Source: a virus. From it: 30,354 nt of DNA. Position numbers and translations under genes: made by a program. Every line of letters begins with the position of its first letter. The stretch's first letter is position 1. Positions 26,033 to 30,354 of the stretch are shown here, piece after piece. The notes below the pieces were generated by a model that was not told the DNA's origin, did not search any database, and saw nothing but the letters and a program-made list of their open reading frames with translations. Location of the stretch: UHGV virus genome UHGV-0236227. One strand, 5' to 3'.

Positions 26033-26058
26033 CCCGCAAAATATTGCGGGCTTTTTTT
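26033..26058 (+). terminator. Intrinsic terminator (CCCGCAA-aata-TTGCGGG plus 7 T) at the 3' end of the tailspike gene
   Basis: Canonical only in the plus orientation; the T-run overlaps the tailspike stop codon. Confidence 0.5.
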
Positions 26059-29000
26059 AACGTTCTTCCAGAGACTGAATCCGCTCTTTTATCTTATCCA
26101 TTTCTCTGCGCTGCCATGCTGCCTCGATATAGAATAAGAGATCAGGCCTGACCCCCCATCTAGATCCTGCTGGCGTTATTTCAACGCGCTCAATGATGTC
26201 TTCCATTACCATCACTGGATTATCATCCTCATCAACAATGATGCTCCCGTCATTATCAGTCAGCGGCATTTCCCTTTGGCCAGTAATGACGTCATCATAT
26301 ACTGCGGGATAATCGTCATAGCAAAGAAAGGCATAGCGGCATGTTGTGCTTTCTTCTTCCATGAGTCCGTGAGAAATAAGAACATCACGAAGTTGCTGCG
26401 CGATTACACCATGATGTATCCTCGCCCCTTCTTCCCCCTTTATAGCGACAGCGTTCAGCCATTTATAAGCGATATACCTGACGTCACCCCAGGCATCCAG
26501 CAATGCTTCGTCAGGAGAGACCGGCTCTGTCTTTAATGTTCCGTCACTGGTAACCACAGGATTGGAGCCAAGATAAACTGTCGAGAACCTGTTTCCCGGA
26601 CCACCAAGAGCATTTACATTATCAAGATAAGGTTTAACATCTCCGTTCTCAAAAAGATGTTCGAGTGCGTTATATACCGCGCGACGTGGAGTACTGCTTC
26701 CGGAACCATGCAACGTTATCATTGCACCATCTGCTGAAGACGTTGTTTCACCGCCGCTAACGATTAATCTCTGAGCGGTAACATCATCAGACGGTACTTT
26801 CTTCGCAATAATGGCGTAATTACCCTCAAGTTTGACTTCCGCGCGAACTTGTCCTGATGTACCTGCATGGACAGTCAGTGACTGGACGGCAACATCATCT
26901 GTGAAATCAACGGGTACAGGAACCGTCCTCACGCCTGACGTCGACATAAAAGTAGGAAGCGTTCTGTTAGGAGTGGCTCCGTAGACAAAATCCCTTGAAA
27001 CAAATTCTTCCTGTTTGATTTTCACCCTGAAACAATATAAATCAGCCGGGTGACCATCGTGAACATAAGGATATTTTCTGTTGTTATCCCCTATGCTCCA
27101 TGGGTTTAGAAAGTCTTCCCCACCGAAAATGTAGTACAGCCAGTTGTCTTTGATACAAACTGAACCAACACCAACCGCAGAGTTAACTATTCCGCCCTGA
27201 TAAATCTGATCAGTAACATTAACCCACTCTACATTATCCAGACTCCACTCATTGACGTTAACTCTGGTCATAAATGTTCTTGGATAATTTCCTGCATAAC
27301 GGTTATCAGGTTCTCCTCCTTCCCACTCACCAAATGCGCGCTCACTGCCAAAAATAATCAGCTCATCGCCAACTTTGGCAAAAGGAAGGTTTGAGTGATG
27401 AACATTATTTGGGAAGCGAAGAGAATTCCATGATGTACCTAAATCAGAGCTTCTGTGCAATGAACTACCGGGTTGAGTACTTAATGTCCCCCTGGTCGTC
27501 AGATACAGAATGCCATCATAATATTTTACACATGGCTCAGATGCATTCGCCTCATATTCTGCAGGTATGCGTCTGCGAACAAAGCTACCAGGAGAACCGA
27601 AAGCATCAGAGAAATAGAGTATCCCAAGCTCGCGTGGACCAATATCACCATTATGGTAGCCAACAGCAAAACTGTTATCGCTAATCGTCGCAAAACTGTG
27701 AATCTCAGTAACAGGAGTGCTTCCGTCAACAAAAGAAGGAATAGTTCCAAGACTGGTTTTTCTCCATGGTGACGAGTGAAATGATGTACCAAAACTCCAG
27801 TATCTACCCTCGTTATTCTGATCCACATCCTGGGTATTTTGCGTCGTAACTGTAAAAGTATTTTTATCAATAACAGTAGTCACCGTCATATTCCCGGTAA
27901 CACCTGTAACACCAGAGTTTGAGAAGTTGACAAAATCACCAGCAAATAATCCGTGATCAGTAATGCGAATATAAGCGACTTGCTGATTTGCTGCTTTCGT
28001 TATACCACCATAAGCGCGAAGGCTGCGACTCATTGGGCGATCCCACAACTCTGCAACCTGCAGTTTATTTCCGCTCACGGTCCGCGTCTCAATTACAGCA
28101 AAAAGGCGATTTCTGACAACCCCCATACTCATGCAGTGATAGTTAACTGTGGGATAGTTTTCATGTAAATCTGTAAGCCATTCCGGCGTTGTCCAGGTCT
28201 TCCCGTCATCTCCTGAGCGAACCCATGCAACATGGAGGTTATTTACACCATGGCGGTCTCCAGCCATAAAAGGCGCATAGATGACATTGTCATATACAAA
28301 CGTTTTATCCTGCGTCCAGGCGTTGTACCACGGTGTATCTGTAATTTTAAATAACTCTCCCTGGATAAAATCTTCAGAAGCATAAAAAAGAGGCTGGCCC
28401 GGTATTCTCTCAAATAAAAAACGAGCATTTTTAAATCGACTGACATCCGGAAGAGTTGATACTTTAAAAGTAAGCCCTAATCCGTCAATTTTATAACCTG
28501 GAGATGAGGCTTCAAGGCACGCGCTTATTGCAGTGGAATCGTCATTTATACCATCACCAACAGCTCCAAAATCTTTGGGGCTAATAGCATCACGCATTTT
28601 ATCCTGGAACGTTCGGTACACAGCCCCAGAACCATACTGAATAAACCAACCAAAACCACCAACAACCCCGGCGATTGCAGCATCGACATAATTACGCATT
28701 GAGCGATTATTTACAGCGTCCTGCTCAAATGATGGATCTGCAAGGTTAGAAATTTTGTTTTGCTTTGCATCGTAATATTTTGCAAGCAAAGATGGTTTCA
28801 TCAATGCACGTCTGAACCACCCAAAACATTGCTGGATCAGCATCGTCAGGTAGTCAAAGGCATCTTCATGCACTTCTGGGAAAAATTTTCCCTGATTGCG
28901 AAGGTCTGTCTCCTGCACTACATCAAGCACACGATCTATCGTAATTCGCCATCCAGTAGCAAGCGGAGACGGAAGAACCACAGAACCGCCACTATAAGTG

Positions 29001-29176
29001 CCCGCCCCAGTTACCGTATAACCGGTATCCAGAACCAATTCTGTTACGTTTCCGTTCAGGTCAGACACCTGAACAACCAGGTCTGATTTTCTGAAAATTC
29101 GAAAAGTATACGGAAACGATGTCGTAACGCCGTTACCTGTGTATTCGTTGTGGTCAACTTCGGTTGAGACCGTCAT
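26057..29176 (-). CDS. Tailspike / tail fibre with T7 gp17-like N-terminus, Asp-box beta-propeller-like centre and C-terminal intramolecular chaperone domain (endosialidase-like)
   Basis: 1039-aa ORF with GGAG Shine-Dalgarno; N-terminal particle-binding-like region; two Asp-box motifs (SGDDGKTW, SSDLGTSW); DFGAVGDG-type motif; C-terminal chaperone-like tail. Confidence 0.8.
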   Translation of the reverse strand: MTVSTEVDHNEYTGNGVTTSFPYTFRIFRKSDLVVQVSDLNGNVTELVLDTGYTVTGAGTYSGGSVVLPSPLATGWRITIDRVLDVVQETDLRNQGKFFPEVHEDAFDYLTMLIQQCFGWFRRALMKPSLLAKYYDAKQNKISNLADPSFEQDAVNNRSMRNYVDAAIAGVVGGFGWFIQYGSGAVYRTFQDKMRDAISPKDFGAVGDGINDDSTAISACLEASSPGYKIDGLGLTFKVSTLPDVSRFKNARFLFERIPGQPLFYASEDFIQGELFKITDTPWYNAWTQDKTFVYDNVIYAPFMAGDRHGVNNLHVAWVRSGDDGKTWTTPEWLTDLHENYPTVNYHCMSMGVVRNRLFAVIETRTVSGNKLQVAELWDRPMSRSLRAYGGITKAANQQVAYIRITDHGLFAGDFVNFSNSGVTGVTGNMTVTTVIDKNTFTVTTQNTQDVDQNNEGRYWSFGTSFHSSPWRKTSLGTIPSFVDGSTPVTEIHSFATISDNSFAVGYHNGDIGPRELGILYFSDAFGSPGSFVRRRIPAEYEANASEPCVKYYDGILYLTTRGTLSTQPGSSLHRSSDLGTSWNSLRFPNNVHHSNLPFAKVGDELIIFGSERAFGEWEGGEPDNRYAGNYPRTFMTRVNVNEWSLDNVEWVNVTDQIYQGGIVNSAVGVGSVCIKDNWLYYIFGGEDFLNPWSIGDNNRKYPYVHDGHPADLYCFRVKIKQEEFVSRDFVYGATPNRTLPTFMSTSGVRTVPVPVDFTDDVAVQSLTVHAGTSGQVRAEVKLEGNYAIIAKKVPSDDVTAQRLIVSGGETTSSADGAMITLHGSGSSTPRRAVYNALEHLFENGDVKPYLDNVNALGGPGNRFSTVYLGSNPVVTSDGTLKTEPVSPDEALLDAWGDVRYIAYKWLNAVAIKGEEGARIHHGVIAQQLRDVLISHGLMEEESTTCRYAFLCYDDYPAVYDDVITGQREMPLTDNDGSIIVDEDDNPVMVMEDIIERVEITPAGSRWGVRPDLLFYIEAAWQRREMDKIKERIQSLEER

Positions 29177-29280
29177 GTTAAATCTCCAGATAGTCGCAGC
29201 ACCCGTTGCGCCGCATATCTGGTTATTCTATTACCTGAAAAACCACATATGGATAGAAAGACTGTAAATATGAATAGATA

Positions 29281-29295
29281 TTACCTTTCAGGTAA
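29281..29295. promoter_or_regulatory. TTACC-N5-GGTAA palindrome (putative operator) in the divergent tailspike / small-ORF region
   Basis: TTACCTTTCAGGTAA, identical to the site at 8738..8752. Confidence 0.45.
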
Positions 29296-29332
29296 TTTGC
29301 AAAACGTGCTGGATAGCAAACAAATTATTTGC

Positions 29333-29352
29333 TACTGTATAAATATACAGTT
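29333..29352. promoter_or_regulatory. LexA (SOS) box
   Basis: TACTGTATAAATATACAGTT, i.e. CTGT-N8-ACAG with AT-rich spacer; 21 bp upstream of the small-ORF ATG. Confidence 0.6.
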
Positions 29353-29372
29353 ATTGCATGGAGAAGATTAAG

Positions 29373-29630
29373 ATGCAGCAGTATCACTATCCACTGGAAG
29401 ACGGATTTACCGAAAGGATTCACACGCCGGGAGGCGTCAGGTCACTGGTGGAGGGATCGCACTTGATGAAATTACTCCGGGATCTCGATAAGGATGGATT
29501 TAATGTCGATGGCCCACTTGCCGAACTGACTGCACTGATTAACTACGTCACCAGCTCACAGATGTCTATGCAGGATCTGCAAACACATCTCGACTATTGT
29601 GCCGAACAATTACGAAAGCAAACCAGATAA
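29373..29630 (+). CDS. LexA-controlled small protein (Tum-like antirepressor candidate)
   Basis: 85 aa from ATG 29373 with GGAG Shine-Dalgarno at 9 nt (track start 29358 lies inside the promoter region); LexA box immediately upstream. Confidence 0.5.
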   Translation: MQQYHYPLEDGFTERIHTPGGVRSLVEGSHLMKLLRDLDKDGFNVDGPLAELTALINYVTSSQMSMQDLQTHLDYCAEQLRKQTR

Positions 29631-29661
29631 GGTTTGCAATTACCAAGTGGAGTGTTTATTA

Positions 29662-29676
29662 TTACCTTTGCGGTAA
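29662..29676. promoter_or_regulatory. TTACC-N5-GGTAA palindrome (putative operator)
   Basis: TTACCTTTGCGGTAA, 32 bp after the small-ORF stop. Confidence 0.45.
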
Positions 29677-29711
29677 ATTTACATCGAACTCCTCTTGTGC
29701 CATAGTAATCG

Positions 29712-29789
29712 GGCACTGGCAAAATCCAGTGCCGGGATTGGCGTCCCGGGTTACTAAGTGGCGCATACCACGCCAGACGTGGTTTTTTT
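29712..29789 (+). terminator. Structured RNA region: two GC hairpins, then an intrinsic terminator (29768..29789)
   Basis: GGCACTGG-N6-CCAGTGCC (29712..29733), CCGGGA-N6-TCCCGG (29732..29749), CCACG-N5-CGTGG plus 7 T (29768..29789). Confidence 0.5.
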
Positions 29790-29945
29790 ATGCGTTAAGC
29801 ACAGCTATATCCGAATTATGGTGGGCTGGGCAGGGGTCCGAAAGGACGCCGGTACCACTTAGGCCGGTACGCCAACCTTGTCCAGTTCACCACCAGTAAT
29901 TGGCGTTGCGGTGGTGATTAAAATCACTAAGTGGAGATAACCACC

Positions 29946-30354
29946 ATGGCTAATGCTCAAACTGCCATCTTCAAATTTGAATCTGTTAACCCTATCCGTT
30001 CCATCATTATCGATGGCCAACCATGGTTTGTAGCCCAAGACGTTTGTAGTGCGCTGCGTATCCAAAACGTCACCCAAGCACTTGAAAAACTGGATGATGA
30101 TGAAAGGTCTATGTTCAACATAGGGCATGAACATCGTGCAATTTTTGACAGCCGAGTAAAAGAGATCAACATTATCTCCGAGTCAGGCCTCTACACACTG
30201 ATCCTCCGCTGCCGCGACGCAGTGACACCAGGCACTATCCCCTACCGCTTTCGTAAATGGGTTACAGGTGAGGTTCTTCCTCAGATCCGCCGCACCGGAA
30301 GTTACATTAAAAACTCGCTCCCGCAGGAAGAACGCATAAAGATGGTTGCCGACC
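29946..30354 (+). CDS. Bro-N / AntA-family antirepressor (partial, runs off the window end)
   Basis: ATG 29946 with GGAG Shine-Dalgarno; at least 136 codons without a stop; Bro-N-like core (IIIDGQPWFVAQDVCSAL). Absent from the ORF track because no stop is reached. Confidence 0.75.
   Translation, partial: MANAQTAIFKFESVNPIRSIIIDGQPWFVAQDVCSALRIQNVTQALEKLDDDERSMFNIGHEHRAIFDSRVKEINIISESGLYTLILRCRDAVTPGTIPYRFRKWVTGEVLPQIRRTGSYIKNSLPQEERIKMVAD

Larger units (their letters stand above)
1..30354. mobile_element. Temperate phage / prophage genome segment (T7-like virion module, lambdoid early region, tyrosine integrase, lysis cassette)
   Basis: Uninterrupted phage gene content: terminase, portal, capsid, integrase, repressor/Cro pair, recombination and lysis genes. 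No host genes seen in the window. Confidence 0.85.

Noticed and set aside
1-30354. CRISPR array, insertion sequence or transposase
   Set aside because: No regularly spaced direct repeats with unique spacers and no transposase-like ORF or terminal inverted repeats were seen. The repeats found are short palindromes and iterons.

Overview
The whole 30.4 kb window reads as temperate-phage DNA; I see no host housekeeping genes. All calls are from reading the sequence and ORF track by eye; no database search, HMM or folding was run, so family names are recalled motif/synteny matches and could be wrong. Minus strand, 6..8426: a T7-like virion module (portal, scaffold, major capsid, small proteins, tail tubular A/B-like, gp13-like). 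At 8.6..9.8 kb a plus-strand insert carrying tRNA-Arg(UCU) and a small ORF sits antisense between portal and terminase. Minus strand, 9797..17574: large and small terminase, then a lambdoid-style early region (Cro-like, O-like initiator with internal iterons, P-like helicase loader, HNH endonuclease, Ead/Ea22-like, DUF550/551-like). Plus strand, 17729..22390: CI-like repressor, YqaJ exonuclease, RecT, AlpA-like, MT-A70 methyltransferase. Then a tyrosine integrase, a lysis cassette, a 1039-aa tailspike and a LexA-box-controlled small gene followed by a Bro-N antirepressor truncated by the window end. Most notable: a TTACC-N5-GGTAA palindrome recurring at least 12 times in intergenic regions, and an apparent SOS/antirepressor induction circuit paired with a repressor that has no recognisable autocleavage domain. 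No CRISPR array, transposase or classical defence operon was found.
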